A program made the translations under genes and the position numbers. 59,884 nucleotides of DNA from a virus (Duplodnaviria; Caudoviricetes): the IMG/VR virus record IMGVR_UViG_3300001765_000186, positions 1 to 59,884 of that record; one strand, 5' to 3'. Of the stretch, positions 35,204 to 45,989 are shown in pieces (within the stretch, counting starts at the first letter, position 1; every line of letters begins with the position of its first letter). Under the pieces are notes generated by a model. The model worked only from the letters and a program-made list of their open reading frames with translations. It did not search any database and was not told the DNA's origin.

Positions 35204-36021
35204 GCGCAGACATCCTCAATCTCAGGTGCGCCCTGCCCGTAGGCGTATGCGGACACACCCAGCTTGGCGTAAATCGATCCCATGACAATTTCGTCAGTTT
35301 GTCCTATTGCCGATCCCGTGAGGGGGACGCTTGCAGCCACCGTCCCACCCACACCGTGCGCCCCTTGTGCCGTTGCCGACAACCTAAATGAGGCAGAGGC
35401 CGAACCGACCACGCCCGAAGCGCCGACGGCCACCGCATCGAACGGGACCGTGACTGCTGCTGCGCCGGGACTACCCAAAACGCCAGCCGCCGAGCCGAGA
35501 AACCGGATGGGACCAGACGCCCTGCCACATGTCGGGAAGAACCCGGTAGCAGCCGCGGTGAATGGTATTTTTCGCGCTACGGAGCCAACGACCCACGTCA
35601 ACCCAAGCCCTGCGCCAGTGAATCCGATTTTTACGGAGGCCGGACCCATAACCGCCCCGCCAGGGCCAAGAGCCAGTGCGTAGACCCCAATGCTTGCGGA
35701 CACTGGGCCTGCTGGTGTGGCATAGCCGACGGCTGCTCCAGTGAAGTTGATCGTGCCGGAGGCAATGCCTGTTTTTTGCTGCTCCCCAGTTATGGCAACT
35801 GTGAACGGGATGATGCAGTCGCCGTAGCCCACTGCCCCTTGTGCACCAGTTGACGTAGCCGAGAACGGGATGATGCCCGACACTGTTCCCGTGAATGGGA
35901 ATACGCCTATCGCCGAAGCAGAGAGTTGGATGGTTCCACTGACGGAACCAGCATACGCTGCAATCCCGCCCGCAGTGCCACCAAGCGGAGCCTGTGCTAG
36001 AGCGTGGCCTCCGATTGTCAT
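35200..36021 (-). CDS. Gly/Ala-rich repetitive fibre-like protein
   Basis: Quasi-repeats G..SG.I.F.A.A.G. Confidence 0.65.
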   Translation of the reverse strand: MTIGGHALAQAPLGGTAGGIAAYAGSVSGTIQLSASAIGVFPFTGTVSGIIPFSATSTGAQGAVGYGDCIIPFTVAITGEQQKTGIASGTINFTGAAVGYATPAGPVSASIGVYALALGPGGAVMGPASVKIGFTGAGLGLTWVVGSVARKIPFTAAATGFFPTCGRASGPIRFLGSAAGVLGSPGAAAVTVPFDAVAVGASGVVGSASASFRLSATAQGAHGVGGTVAASVPLTGSAIGQTDEIVMGSIYAKLGVSAYAYGQGAPEIEDVCA

Positions 36022-36027
36022 GGTGCG

Positions 36028-37116
36028 CTAGAGGTATTGGCCGTTTGTTGCGACCGACCCGCCTGTAGATCCCGGCAAAGTGCCGCCGCCCTCGCTCAGT
36101 GCCCCCTGAGTGACGGTGTATTTCGTGCCTCCCGTCACCGCACCAGAATACGTGTTTGACGTTAAGAAGGCTGTTGCAAGAGAACTCATAGAGAGCCAGT
36201 GGGTGATGGTCGGAGATCCAGTAATCGCGATCGTCCGGCCAGTGCATATCAAACGGCCACCACTCAGCAACAACCAGTGGACCGCACCACCTCCCGCCAC
36301 AGCATAGTTACCGGTCACTTGCACCAACGATTGAGTGATGATGGCGATGTGCCCGCTAGCACAGGCACCGAACACCAAGTTTCTGAGATAGAGGCCAGTC
36401 CACTCGCCAGCGATGACTCCATACCCTGACGTAGTTGTTTGGAGTCTTAGGTCTTTCAGGGTGAATGTGTATGCGCCCGCACCACTGAAATAGAAACAGG
36501 TGTTCGACGTGGTGCTGATGACGACGTTTCCCGGGGTGCCTGCATTGCCTTGGATTACAACTGTCCCGCCGCCGACAATAGCGCCAACCGAAACTGCACC
36601 GGTATAAGTTCCGTCCGCGATCTGAACGGTTACGACAACACCTGTTGCGACATCAAGTGTTGAGCGGATAACATCGATGGCTTTCTGGATCGTCAGAAAC
36701 GCCCCGCCAGCAGTGTTTGCAAGGCCCGTGTTGCTGTCGCTGCCGTCCGTGCGAACGTAGTAGGTGCGGTTTGCCGTCAGTCGTTCGCGGAGCCACATCA
36801 CCTGTACCGCTGGCATTGTGATGTAGACCTCTTTCGTCCCGGCTGACAACGAGACGGCGGCATCAGAATTACTGCTCGATGTGACGGTCGTTCGCGTCAG
36901 AACACCCGCTGACGAGTATGTGCCCAGTCCGCACTCCCACTCGCCACTAGGTGCGCCCAGGCCATCAATGCCCTGAATAGCGTAGTAGAGCGTGTCACCC
37001 ACCGCGCACCGCGATGCGAATGTCTTGAACCCCGTCGATGCGCCCGCAAGCGTGACCGCACCTGTGCCTGTGGTGGTGGTCGTCTCCTTGACCCGATCTG
37101 CGATGACGAAGGCCAT
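36028..37116 (-). CDS. Tail fibre/spike-like protein with beta-helix region
   Basis: ADRVKETTTTTGTG N-terminus; TYYVRTDGSDSNTG..AFLTIQKAID..IADGTY. Confidence 0.7.
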   Translation of the reverse strand: MAFVIADRVKETTTTTGTGAVTLAGASTGFKTFASRCAVGDTLYYAIQGIDGLGAPSGEWECGLGTYSSAGVLTRTTVTSSSNSDAAVSLSAGTKEVYITMPAVQVMWLRERLTANRTYYVRTDGSDSNTGLANTAGGAFLTIQKAIDVIRSTLDVATGVVVTVQIADGTYTGAVSVGAIVGGGTVVIQGNAGTPGNVVISTTSNTCFYFSGAGAYTFTLKDLRLQTTTSGYGVIAGEWTGLYLRNLVFGACASGHIAIITQSLVQVTGNYAVAGGGAVHWLLLSGGRLICTGRTIAITGSPTITHWLSMSSLATAFLTSNTYSGAVTGGTKYTVTQGALSEGGGTLPGSTGGSVATNGQYL

Positions 37117-37119
37117 GGC

Positions 37120-37527
37120 TTACGGTGCCGTGATGACGAAGCTGGAAATCAGGATGGGGCCGCCAGCAACAATGTTGGTCGTGTTCAGTTGCAGCGTGCC
37201 GCCGCCGCCCGTGGTCGTCACGTCGATGTCCATGACGGTCGCGCCCGCGCCATCCAGCAGCCGCGCCCATGTGGCCGTACCCGTGGCGTCAGCCGACGAG
37301 TCTTGGGTGATAGCGGCCATGGTCAGAGCGCCAGCCGAAACGGTGCCGCAGTCGGCGGAGAAGGTCAGCGTTCCCAAAAGGACCTGTGACGTGATTGCTG
37401 TATCGGCATCAGCCGGTATTGTCCCTGTGTAGAGCTTGCATGTGCCTGGGCCGGACACATTGATTGCTGTTCGGATGGGTGCGAGGATGCTGTTTTTCAG
37501 CGTCGTGAGGAAGCGAATGATTGCCAT
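37120..37527 (-). CDS. Conserved phage structural protein
   Basis: LYTGTIPADAD, ATGTATWARL; AGGAG RBS. Confidence 0.7.
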   Translation of the reverse strand: MAIIRFLTTLKNSILAPIRTAINVSGPGTCKLYTGTIPADADTAITSQVLLGTLTFSADCGTVSAGALTMAAITQDSSADATGTATWARLLDGAGATVMDIDVTTTGGGGTLQLNTTNIVAGGPILISSFVITAP

Positions 37528-37577
37528 GATGGACTCCTAAACTAGGGGGCATCATTCCCATCTACCGACAAACAGGC

Positions 37578-37592
37578 AAACCCTAGTGGGGG
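37578..37592 (-). promoter_or_regulatory. Late-promoter-like motif copy
   Basis: CCCCCACTAGGGTTT-N21-AATGAT. Confidence 0.65.
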
Positions 37593-40500
37593 CTAGGTCG
37601 CTGCAAAAATATCCCCTGCCGTCGCCCTGGTTGATACCGGGGCATCAATGCGGGCCACCACTGGCACGGTCAGCCCTTGCGCAGACAGACCGGCCTGCAC
37701 GATAGCCACGGTGGCCTCTGCCCCGCTGGAGAACGGCACCACAATGGCGCTGTTCACGAAAATGCTGCCGCCGCTTGTATCAAGGATGTCCGTGGCAATG
37801 CCGGTGGCCGGGTCAATGTTCCCGCCCGTTATCAGGAGCGGGATGGTCGGGCCGGTCGTGTTGTTGCGGATCTGGAAGCCGGTGTTCACAATGTAATTCG
37901 CGGTGTCCTTTGCTACCATTTCTGTGGACTGGTCCTCAATACCGCCCACGGTGGAGAGCCAATACACCATGAAGGCGTAGATGCGGGATATGGTGATGGA
38001 GCCCGCATTCACGTTCACGAATAAGTTTGTGCCGACGATGCTGCACTCTGTCACGGTGCTGCCGTCAATGGCGTTGGCGTTGTACACCGTGTCGTCAACC
38101 TGGGCAACCTGATAGGCCAGGGTCGGAACTCCCGCGCTGATAGCCCCGATGCCGACCTCTACAAAGTCCTTGGCCGTCACGCCCGACACGCAGGACACCC
38201 GCAACCGGATTGCCCGGTCTACGCTGTACACCTCACTGAACACCGTACTGGTGCCAGCCACCACAGCATTGAACAGTTCAAGGGAGTTTGCTGTGTCGTA
38301 AAGCTGCACGCGGCTTCCGGCCACCAAGTTGGTGATGGTGATGGATGCCACGGCTGGGGGCGCGTAGGTGGTCCCATCGTCGGCGGTGAACAGGTTGAAA
38401 TCTGGGTGTGGATCACCAGCGTCATTCAAAACGCGCACACCCTTCAACGATGCGCCTGTGTCGCCATAGATTGCGCCGCGCACCGTCTTGTACGCCGACC
38501 CGTTGAGTTGCACAAGGTCATGCCAGTTGAACCCGTCTTTGCCTTGGAACGTGCCGCCAAGGCTTAGGTTGTAGCGAATCCAACGCATCAAAGTCTCGGC
38601 GGTGTTGCCGGTGGCCGAGTCCGTTATGGTGATGCTGAACTGCTTGCTGTTCCATGTGACAGGGCTCGCACCGTGGTCGATGATGGTGGGGGTGCCTGCA
38701 ACAAATGGTGAACCGGTCGCCAAACCATTGCTGATCGGATTCAAGCCGACCACATACAACTGATCCTCCATCGAGCCGTACAACGCAACCACGTCAGCCT
38801 CTGCTTGGTCGTAGCCGTCTTTCTGAATTTTCAGAGTCAGGTGGCCGCGCTTGTCAAAGTTGCCGTGGCCCGCGTCTCCGTAAACTTGGATCAACTGGTC
38901 AATCTTGCCGGTGGTGGCCGCGTCGGTGGTGCCCGAGCCGTCAACCTGCTGGTAGCGCACTTGGTTGCCCGCCGCCGTGTCCACAGAGTAGATGGCTGCG
39001 TAAATGGCTGTGGCCGTGCCGCCGCTGGTGTAGCGTAGACCGTCGCGGTACAGGAACGATAGCCCCGCGCTGAACTCCCAGCCCTCCAGCGTAAAACTAT
39101 TTGGCCCATTGGACGAGATTGGGAATGCGCGGTTCTTGAGCGCTGCCTGGGCTATCCAACTTTCGATCATGAAGCTGTACCAGTTCTGGCCGGTGGTCGC
39201 CACGGTCACGGTAAAGCGGCTGGTGCCTGTGTTGACGGTAGCAGTGGAGCCATAGGCCAAGCCGCTGGACGCCTGATAGGACCGGTCTGCAATTTGCGAC
39301 ACCGGAACGACTACGACCGCCGAGTTAACCACCACGCCGACCACACGGGTAGGCAAGAGCCCAGCTTTCATGATGGTGTAGTCCACCGTCGTGTCAGCGC
39401 CGCCCGCTTGGCTCCATGTCTCTGACGTGCCGGACGAACTGGTGGTGAATAGCTCGGTCGTCGTCGTGGTGGTGAATACCTTGACCTGGGAGCCAGCAGA
39501 CAGGCCGGTGAAACTCAGACCCTGTGTGACGACTGGTGCAGAAACGGTTATCGTCCCGCCCGTGTTGTTTGCGGTCGTGTATGAAGTACCAGCGGGCAGT
39601 TGCACCGTGATTGCGAACGCCGTGTCATTCATCAAGTCAACCTGCCCACTGAATGTCGAAGATGATAGGTTGTATGTTCCAGTGCCAGCAGGGGTCATCA
39701 CCAAGGACATTGGAGAACCCATGTTGAACGTGTAAGCCCCCGTAGCCCCAATCTGAAGAACGCCGCCCGAGAACGATGGCACGGCCCCCGCTTGGCTGAA
39801 AGTACCACTACCGTATTGGTAAGTGAAAGGTACAGAGCCCCATAGAAAATTGTCACCGACCACCAGAGAACCGGGACCATTTAGCGTGTAGCCGGTCGCG
39901 TTCATAATCAACCCGGAAGTCGTTAGGAACAATGTTGGCGACCCTGCAACGCCAGCGCCCGTTATCGGCACAGCGTAGGGTATGTTTGCAGGCTGGCAGG
40001 CTTGGTACTGGATGTAGTCGTACAGGTACTGGAAAGTGACATTCGATCCGATGACAACCTCACCAGTGGCCCAGGTCACAGTGATGCCGCTGTACCCGGC
40101 TGCGGTTGCTTCGCTCGCCTCCACCGTAAGGTTCACAACCCGTGTGGGGACGGCTTCGTCAAAGACAAAACCGTAGTGTCGGCAACGGTTGACGAATGGA
40201 TACTCTGTCACACCGTCAAAAAACACTGTGCCAGTTGTTACGCTGCGCGGGGTGGCCGTGTAGTTCAGGGTAAAAAACCCGTCTGCGCCACTGGTGTTGG
40301 TTACCGTTATGTCGTACTTTTCCCATGTTGCGCTACTGATTCCTGCGAACGAAGGGGCTACACCAGCCACGCCGTTGACTGTGCCAGTGGTGACGCCAAG
40401 CCCGGTGATAGATGCTGTTGGAGGGAACCATCCAGCGCCGCCGCCATTGAAGAAAAGCGCATTCGATTTGATGTAGCCAATCACCCGGATAGACGCTCCA

Positions 40501-42089
40501 TTGGCGCAGAACAAGTCTTGCGTGCGTACCGCCGGGGAATTCAGTGTGACGGGCTTGATGGAGATAGACGAAGTGCCGCGCACAACCTCGCTATTACTGC
40601 GCACAGCGGTGTAGTTAAACCGATAGTCTTCCTGCGCCGTAAGGTCTGAATTTTTATTCACTACCTTGATAAAACTATCCTCAGTCATGCGCGCCTGGCC
40701 AGTCTCCGTGATCACAGTCATAGCCGAGAAGGCGCAGTTTGTCATGGTGTTTTGCACCAAGGCAGGGGCTATTTGCAAAATATAGCTTTGGGATGCGCCG
40801 CCAGTAGGCAGGGCCGACGAAAAATCACAGTCAATGAAAGTCAATCGCTGGACATTCGCGGTGGAGTATTGCAGCCCCGCATAAGAAACCCCGCTAACCT
40901 TAATCCCTACCAAGGTTGCGTTATTGCCACCCCCTGCGCCAAGAGGTGATGCCGACGCATTGGTCTGGACAATCTTTGTATTCACCACCCGCCCTGCGTA
41001 GTTCGACTCCAGACTTATCGAGCACGCGCCAGCGAGAGAATCAGTTATCGTTGTGAAGCTACCTAGGATGGCGTTATTACTACCACCAGTATTGGCGGCG
41101 CCAACATGCAGAAACGCGCAGTTGGTGAAATTCAGAGGAGTTGCGAGCGGAGGATTTACAGAACCGTGGTTACTTGATAGCAGGGTATTGCTAGAGGTCG
41201 AGTGTGTGAACGCAATGCTATCCAGCGATGTATATGGGTTGATGTAACGGGTAGCCCCGTAGTTATCCACGCAGCGGAAACACGCCCCACCGGGATAGGT
41301 GAACGTGCCCTGCAAGTCTAAAAATTGCACGTTGCGGATTTCGCGGCTATTAGCTACGTCAACATTCGATACGTTGGCACCCCATGACCCGCGTGTAGCA
41401 TTAGACTGGCTGGTAATGAGTACGTTTGAGGTGGCGTTACCCACTGCAATGTTCAGCCGCTTGGATGTAACCAAAGCCGCACTGATTGGGACAGTCAAAG
41501 CGCTCGGCGTGTAGCCAGCGGCAATAGTCACAACCTGCGCGAAGCCAACGCTATCGCACGTAATCTGAAGGGTATCGCCCACTTGCCAGCCCGTAGCGTC
41601 TTCAACAAAAATTGTTGTTGCGCTTGCCGCTGCGGCGGCGGTTAAAACTGTGTGGCGTTTGCGGTAAGCACCTACATAGGTAAATTTGCTGCCAGGGACT
41701 GCCTCATAAATGTATTTGTTGACTACGGGTACAGACGATTTGTTGATGTAGACAGCCGCCGTCACACCTTGCGGGATGGGCGATGCTGCGGTCCCAATAT
41801 CGTGCTCACCACCAGAGTCAATCACACAACTACCCCGGCAAGTGAGTGACGAATCGACACTGCGGCTGTTCGTCAAGGTTCCGCGCACGGTGATACTGCG
41901 GTTCGTGCTGACGGTGTTTATCACGATGGTCGAGGTGGTGTCGTCGCCCCACTCGTAGTGACCGTCCAATGTGATATTTGTACCTACAGCGATAAGCACA
42001 CGGTCCCCGGTCACTGGCACAGAAGCGCCACCGTCCCAAACTGCGGGGCTTGAAGCTAGGCCGGAGCCGATAGAAAAACGGTTTGCCAT
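37593..42089 (-). CDS. Large tail spike/adhesin-like protein (1498 aa)
   Basis: S/T/G/N-rich beta protein; WDGGASVPVTGDRVLI G8-like start. Confidence 0.7.
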   Translation of the reverse strand: MANRFSIGSGLASSPAVWDGGASVPVTGDRVLIAVGTNITLDGHYEWGDDTTSTIVINTVSTNRSITVRGTLTNSRSVDSSLTCRGSCVIDSGGEHDIGTAASPIPQGVTAAVYINKSSVPVVNKYIYEAVPGSKFTYVGAYRKRHTVLTAAAAASATTIFVEDATGWQVGDTLQITCDSVGFAQVVTIAAGYTPSALTVPISAALVTSKRLNIAVGNATSNVLITSQSNATRGSWGANVSNVDVANSREIRNVQFLDLQGTFTYPGGACFRCVDNYGATRYINPYTSLDSIAFTHSTSSNTLLSSNHGSVNPPLATPLNFTNCAFLHVGAANTGGSNNAILGSFTTITDSLAGACSISLESNYAGRVVNTKIVQTNASASPLGAGGGNNATLVGIKVSGVSYAGLQYSTANVQRLTFIDCDFSSALPTGGASQSYILQIAPALVQNTMTNCAFSAMTVITETGQARMTEDSFIKVVNKNSDLTAQEDYRFNYTAVRSNSEVVRGTSSISIKPVTLNSPAVRTQDLFCANGASIRVIGYIKSNALFFNGGGAGWFPPTASITGLGVTTGTVNGVAGVAPSFAGISSATWEKYDITVTNTSGADGFFTLNYTATPRSVTTGTVFFDGVTEYPFVNRCRHYGFVFDEAVPTRVVNLTVEASEATAAGYSGITVTWATGEVVIGSNVTFQYLYDYIQYQACQPANIPYAVPITGAGVAGSPTLFLTTSGLIMNATGYTLNGPGSLVVGDNFLWGSVPFTYQYGSGTFSQAGAVPSFSGGVLQIGATGAYTFNMGSPMSLVMTPAGTGTYNLSSSTFSGQVDLMNDTAFAITVQLPAGTSYTTANNTGGTITVSAPVVTQGLSFTGLSAGSQVKVFTTTTTTELFTTSSSGTSETWSQAGGADTTVDYTIMKAGLLPTRVVGVVVNSAVVVVPVSQIADRSYQASSGLAYGSTATVNTGTSRFTVTVATTGQNWYSFMIESWIAQAALKNRAFPISSNGPNSFTLEGWEFSAGLSFLYRDGLRYTSGGTATAIYAAIYSVDTAAGNQVRYQQVDGSGTTDAATTGKIDQLIQVYGDAGHGNFDKRGHLTLKIQKDGYDQAEADVVALYGSMEDQLYVVGLNPISNGLATGSPFVAGTPTIIDHGASPVTWNSKQFSITITDSATGNTAETLMRWIRYNLSLGGTFQGKDGFNWHDLVQLNGSAYKTVRGAIYGDTGASLKGVRVLNDAGDPHPDFNLFTADDGTTYAPPAVASITITNLVAGSRVQLYDTANSLELFNAVVAGTSTVFSEVYSVDRAIRLRVSCVSGVTAKDFVEVGIGAISAGVPTLAYQVAQVDDTVYNANAIDGSTVTECSIVGTNLFVNVNAGSITISRIYAFMVYWLSTVGGIEDQSTEMVAKDTANYIVNTGFQIRNNTTGPTIPLLITGGNIDPATGIATDILDTSGGSIFVNSAIVVPFSSGAEATVAIVQAGLSAQGLTVPVVARIDAPVSTRATAGDIFAAT

Positions 42090-42098
42090 GCTCTACAC

Positions 42099-42803
42099 CT
42101 ATGTATCGGCCACACCAGTCACCAGACCGGATGTGTATGTGAGGGTTCGTGTCTTCGTCAGCGTTCCTACGCCGTTGTAGAACTGGATGGTGGTCAGCAC
42201 CCCTGCGGTGCGGTTCAGCACGCGGCGCTCGGCCAGGATGGTCTTGGCGGCATCGCTGTACAGGCACACCTCGGTGACAACGCCGTCCACGACGGTGATG
42301 GTCTTGCCGGGGTAGCTTGCTGCGGCTGGGCCAGTCGGACCCGTTGCGCCGGTCGCCCCGGTCGCGCCCGTAGGACCAGCAGGACCAGTTGGGCCGGTCG
42401 GACCGGCTGGACCCTCTGGACCCGTGGCACCAGCCGGACCAGTGGCACCAGTCGGGCCGGTTGCCCCCGTAGGACCGGCAGGGCCTGTGTCGCCGGGTGG
42501 CCCGTCTATACCAGTTGACCCCTGTGCGCCAGTCGGCCCTGGTGGACCAGTGAGCCCTATGACCCCTTGTGGCCCTTGCTCTGCCGCTGATTCAACGATG
42601 AAACCAACTTCCTCGGTCCCGGTGATGGTGTCGCCGGTGTCCGTGGTCGTGACAATCTCGGTCGTGACTGTCTCGGTGATGATGTCAACGGCATCAGCCG
42701 CCGTCGCAATGACGGAGCCAGCCGCAACGACCGTTTCCAGCAGCACGTCCGTGCTCTGGGCGATGATGACTTCGGGTGTGCTGGTTTCGGTAAGCGTTAT
42801 CAC
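42099..42803 (-). CDS. Collagen-like fibre protein
   Basis: Uninterrupted Gly-X-Y run, approximately 42324-42578. Confidence 0.85.
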   Translation of the reverse strand: MITLTETSTPEVIIAQSTDVLLETVVAAGSVIATAADAVDIITETVTTEIVTTTDTGDTITGTEEVGFIVESAAEQGPQGVIGLTGPPGPTGAQGSTGIDGPPGDTGPAGPTGATGPTGATGPAGATGPEGPAGPTGPTGPAGPTGATGATGATGPTGPAAASYPGKTITVVDGVVTEVCLYSDAAKTILAERRVLNRTAGVLTTIQFYNGVGTLTKTRTLTYTSGLVTGVADT

Positions 42804-43156
42804 CGTGTGACCTCTGGCGAAACGGTGACAGCACCGCCTACCAGACGATGTACAGTGATGCCATCCGACATGATGATTTCAAGGTCGTACACGGCTTTTT
42901 CAAACGCAAAGGCTGCGGTAGCGGTCGCGGCGATCAGGATGTCGATGGTTCCAGCCACCCCGCCCAGCGTGATACCGCCGTTGGCCGTCGTGAGTGAGCA
43001 CGCAGCGGCATCCGAGTCCAATGCTTCGCGGATCTGCATACGCGCGGTGCAGCCGGTTAGATCCACAGCAACGGGTGTGCTGCCAGCAAGCCATGTCAGC
43101 CGCTTGGCGAATGTGGCACCCTGGTTGATCGCCAGGGCTAGTTTTGCAGCAGCCAT
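42800..43156 (-). CDS. Virion adaptor-like protein
   Basis: [33 protein letters not shown]; common upstream of fibre genes. Confidence 0.7.
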   Translation of the reverse strand: MAAAKLALAINQGATFAKRLTWLAGSTPVAVDLTGCTARMQIREALDSDAAACSLTTANGGITLGGVAGTIDILIAATATAAFAFEKAVYDLEIIMSDGITVHRLVGGAVTVSPEVTR

Positions 43157-43788
43157 TACCTGATGCCTCCAAATTTAGTGACAACAGGTTGGCGTCGTAG
43201 CCTGCCCTGTTCGGTCTTGGCCTCGGCACAGTAGGCTTCAAACTTCAAAAGGTACTCATTCGCCCGTTTGGAGTCGCCGCCGTCGATGTCGGGATTGCTG
43301 TACGCGCGGTACTTCACCCAGTGCAGCAGCCCCAACACGTTATGGTCATCAATTTCAAAGTCCGAGTCTGCCGCGACATCCACCGGCAGGCGCAGCGTGC
43401 GCAACCAGATGGTCTGGGCAACCTTGGGCACCGGATAGGCACGCAGGGACCGCTTTTGCATCCCCTGAATGAGTACATCCAGTGACCCGGTAGCGCCGTT
43501 GAACTTCACGCCGTCCAGTTGCTCCAGCGTTTTCACGGGAATAACTGCGCCGGTCGTGGTGTCGTGCGCTGACTGGATCTGCAATATGGACTTGTTCACC
43601 GCGTACCACTCGATGGCCGGGGTGATTTTCAGCTTGAAGCTCTTGGAGTCCTCAATGCCGTAAGTCTTGCGGCAGAACTGCTTTTGCGCGTCGTCAATGT
43701 AGCCATACACCAGCGCGTCCGACCAGAAATATGGAACGACGGTCGATGTCTCCGCACGGAAGATCGCAAGCAGTTCTGTCGTGTTCAT
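43156..43788 (-). CDS. Head-tail adaptor/connector-like protein
   Basis: PYFWSDALVYGYIDDAQKQFCR, YPVP, YRAYS; position after capsid genes. Confidence 0.65.
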   Translation of the reverse strand: MNTTELLAIFRAETSTVVPYFWSDALVYGYIDDAQKQFCRKTYGIEDSKSFKLKITPAIEWYAVNKSILQIQSAHDTTTGAVIPVKTLEQLDGVKFNGATGSLDVLIQGMQKRSLRAYPVPKVAQTIWLRTLRLPVDVAADSDFEIDDHNVLGLLHWVKYRAYSNPDIDGGDSKRANEYLLKFEAYCAEAKTEQGRLRRQPVVTKFGGIR

Positions 43789-43791
43789 CGC

Positions 43792-44148
43792 TTAGTCAGC
43801 CTTGGAAACGACTTCCCATATCTTGTCGGCTTCAACGCGCGACACAGCGAAGCCTGCGCGGGCAGTCAGCTTTGCCAAGTCGGGTTTACCGGCCTTGGTG
43901 AAGTCGCCTTCTTCGCCGCCGTCCAGCATTTCATTCAGGGCCTTGGTGATGACTTCCACGCGATTGAACGCGGTGCCAGCAGCCGCAACGGGCTCGTCAA
44001 TGTCAACACCTTCTGGCAGGCAACCCCGCGCGATGGCTTCCTTGTGGAATTTCTTATCCAGTTCGGTTGGCTCAACACCAACTACGGCGGTGTGGCCGGA
44101 AGTCAGTGCGATATGCATGTCTTCTTCGGTTGTGGAACGGAATTTCAT
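43792..44148 (-). CDS. Hypothetical protein
   Basis: GAGG RBS; DFTKAGKP motif. Confidence 0.7.
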   Translation of the reverse strand: MKFRSTTEEDMHIALTSGHTAVVGVEPTELDKKFHKEAIARGCLPEGVDIDEPVAAAGTAFNRVEVITKALNEMLDGGEEGDFTKAGKPDLAKLTARAGFAVSRVEADKIWEVVSKAD

Positions 44149-44240
44149 GGTGATTTCCTCTGTCTTGTTCAAAAAACCCAGCGGGGATCAAGCCGCCGGG
44201 GGTTAAAAGTCCCGAAGGACACCCACTCAAGGAGAATTGC

Positions 44241-44651
44241 TTACTGGCCCATGCCTTGGGCGAAGGTCGAACGACCACGGACGTAGTAGCGGACTTCCAG
44301 GCGCACCTTGCCGGTGGTTGGAACGCCGCCGCCAGAAGTCCAAGTGACATTCAGAGTCTTCTCGGTGTTGGTGTGGGTGAAGCCAGTCATGACCAGCGGC
44401 ACACGCGCACCCAATGCGCGAATGTTTCCGTCAGTCAGATAGCGCGTAGGCGTGGTGACATCGCCAACGTCCATTACGTCGGACGTAGTGGAGTTCCAGG
44501 CTTCGGTAGTGACCAAGGAGCCATCGACCAGCACAGCGTTAGCTGGCAAGTCAATAGCGCCCTGCGCCACGTTGTTGACCACATCCGCGAGATTGATGTC
44601 TACGTGGGCCACGATCAATTCTTGGCGGCCCGATTGTTTGGTGATAGGCAT
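44241..44651 (-). CDS. Putative capsid decoration protein
   Basis: Beta-rich 136 aa directly after the major capsid gene. Confidence 0.6.
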   Translation of the reverse strand: MPITKQSGRQELIVAHVDINLADVVNNVAQGAIDLPANAVLVDGSLVTTEAWNSTTSDVMDVGDVTTPTRYLTDGNIRALGARVPLVMTGFTHTNTEKTLNVTWTSGGGVPTTGKVRLEVRYYVRGRSTFAQGMGQ

Positions 44652-44716
44652 GATGAAATGTCCTTAAAGAGTTGAAACCATTGCGATGCAAGGGCCGAAG
44701 CCCCTGCTATTCGCTC

Positions 44717-45820
44717 TTACTGGGTGTAGTGGTCGATGGCCAACACGCCGAAGTCCTGCACCGACTGGTTGTAGATGCTGTAGAACTTGGGTTTCACCAA
44801 GCCGAACATCTTGTCCACGTTGATACCCTGTTGCGCCCCGTACTGGAACTCTTTTTCGTTCCACTCGGGTGTGCCGATGTCGGCCATACCCAGCGCCTGG
44901 GCACCACACAGCAAAGTGCGAGTACCGTTGATGGCAGAGCCAGCACCCCACTTAGCGCCACCAGCCGCGCCCTTGGTGTTGTAGACCAAGCGGTGGTCGT
45001 GAATCACCACGCCGTCAATGGTGACGGTGCCACCAGTGAACCATGGGGAATCCATACCGGCCTTGGTGGCCACAGCGACCACGGCGCGTTGGTAGTCCGC
45101 GTCGCTCTTGAGCGCTGCCAGGGTGGAAGGAGTCACGAACATCGTGTAATACTCTTTGCCGTCGGCCATCAGCGGCTTGATGTAGTTTTCCTTGGCGTAA
45201 GCCACGGCGTCCACGATCATCTTGTACGTCGGCACGAATGCCGAAGTGATAGACGCCGTGTTGGACACCAGCAACTGTGTACCGTCCCACATCAACGAAC
45301 GCTTGTTGGACGGGCCGGACACGTCGGCGGCGAACGACAGGTTGGAAAACGCTGAACTGAGGCGGGGAGCGCCGTTGTTCTGGAAGCCGAAGCCGATGCC
45401 AGACATCGAAAGCAACACCAACTGGTCAACGCGGTTCGCCAGCCAGTAGGCCAAACGATCTTTGCCCATTTCGCGGAACTTGATGACGGTCTTTTGGTCG
45501 CTCAACTTACCCTTGTTCTTCACAGAGTGGGTAATCAAGTCAATATTGATGAGCTGCGCATAAGACTGCATCGCTTCTTCATTGCCTTCGCGCTCGTTGT
45601 CGCCCACAACACCGTCGTCCACCAAGTCAGCGACAAGGTGCATGATGACCTGTTCACCCTTTTCGGTCTTGGTCAACTCGGTGATGCGTTGGATGATGGA
45701 ACTGGTGCCAGAACCGATGAACTTCTTGGTAAACATCTGGTCGCGTGCGGCTTCCCACACGTCGCGGGACCAAACGATTTTTTGCTGCGAGGTCAAACCC
45801 GCAAAATTGGTATGTGCCAT
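44717..45820 (-). CDS. Major capsid protein (N4 gp56/DUF4043-like)
   Basis: IQRITELTKTEKGEQ, GDNEREGNEEAM, LLCGAQAL, DFGVLAID; TAAGGAG RBS. Confidence 0.88.
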   Translation of the reverse strand: MAHTNFAGLTSQQKIVWSRDVWEAARDQMFTKKFIGSGTSSIIQRITELTKTEKGEQVIMHLVADLVDDGVVGDNEREGNEEAMQSYAQLINIDLITHSVKNKGKLSDQKTVIKFREMGKDRLAYWLANRVDQLVLLSMSGIGFGFQNNGAPRLSSAFSNLSFAADVSGPSNKRSLMWDGTQLLVSNTASITSAFVPTYKMIVDAVAYAKENYIKPLMADGKEYYTMFVTPSTLAALKSDADYQRAVVAVATKAGMDSPWFTGGTVTIDGVVIHDHRLVYNTKGAAGGAKWGAGSAINGTRTLLCGAQALGMADIGTPEWNEKEFQYGAQQGINVDKMFGLVKPKFYSIYNQSVQDFGVLAIDHYTQ

Positions 45821-45989
45821 GACAGGCTCCTTATGAATTGAAAACGGTTTTGCATTCCAGGCAATGCGCTGCCAATTCGCGGAGTCATGGCTTTAGGCCA
45901 CCAAGGGGGCCACACGGTTTAACGCCAGTGATAGGGCGAAGTTCACCTAGTAACTGGCCGGGATGGTGAAGCCCCGGCCAGTGAAGTTT

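Noticed and set aside
33089-42089. BPP-1-like diversity-generating retroelement at the tail genes
   Set aside because: No reverse transcriptase motifs and no template/variable repeat pair noticed
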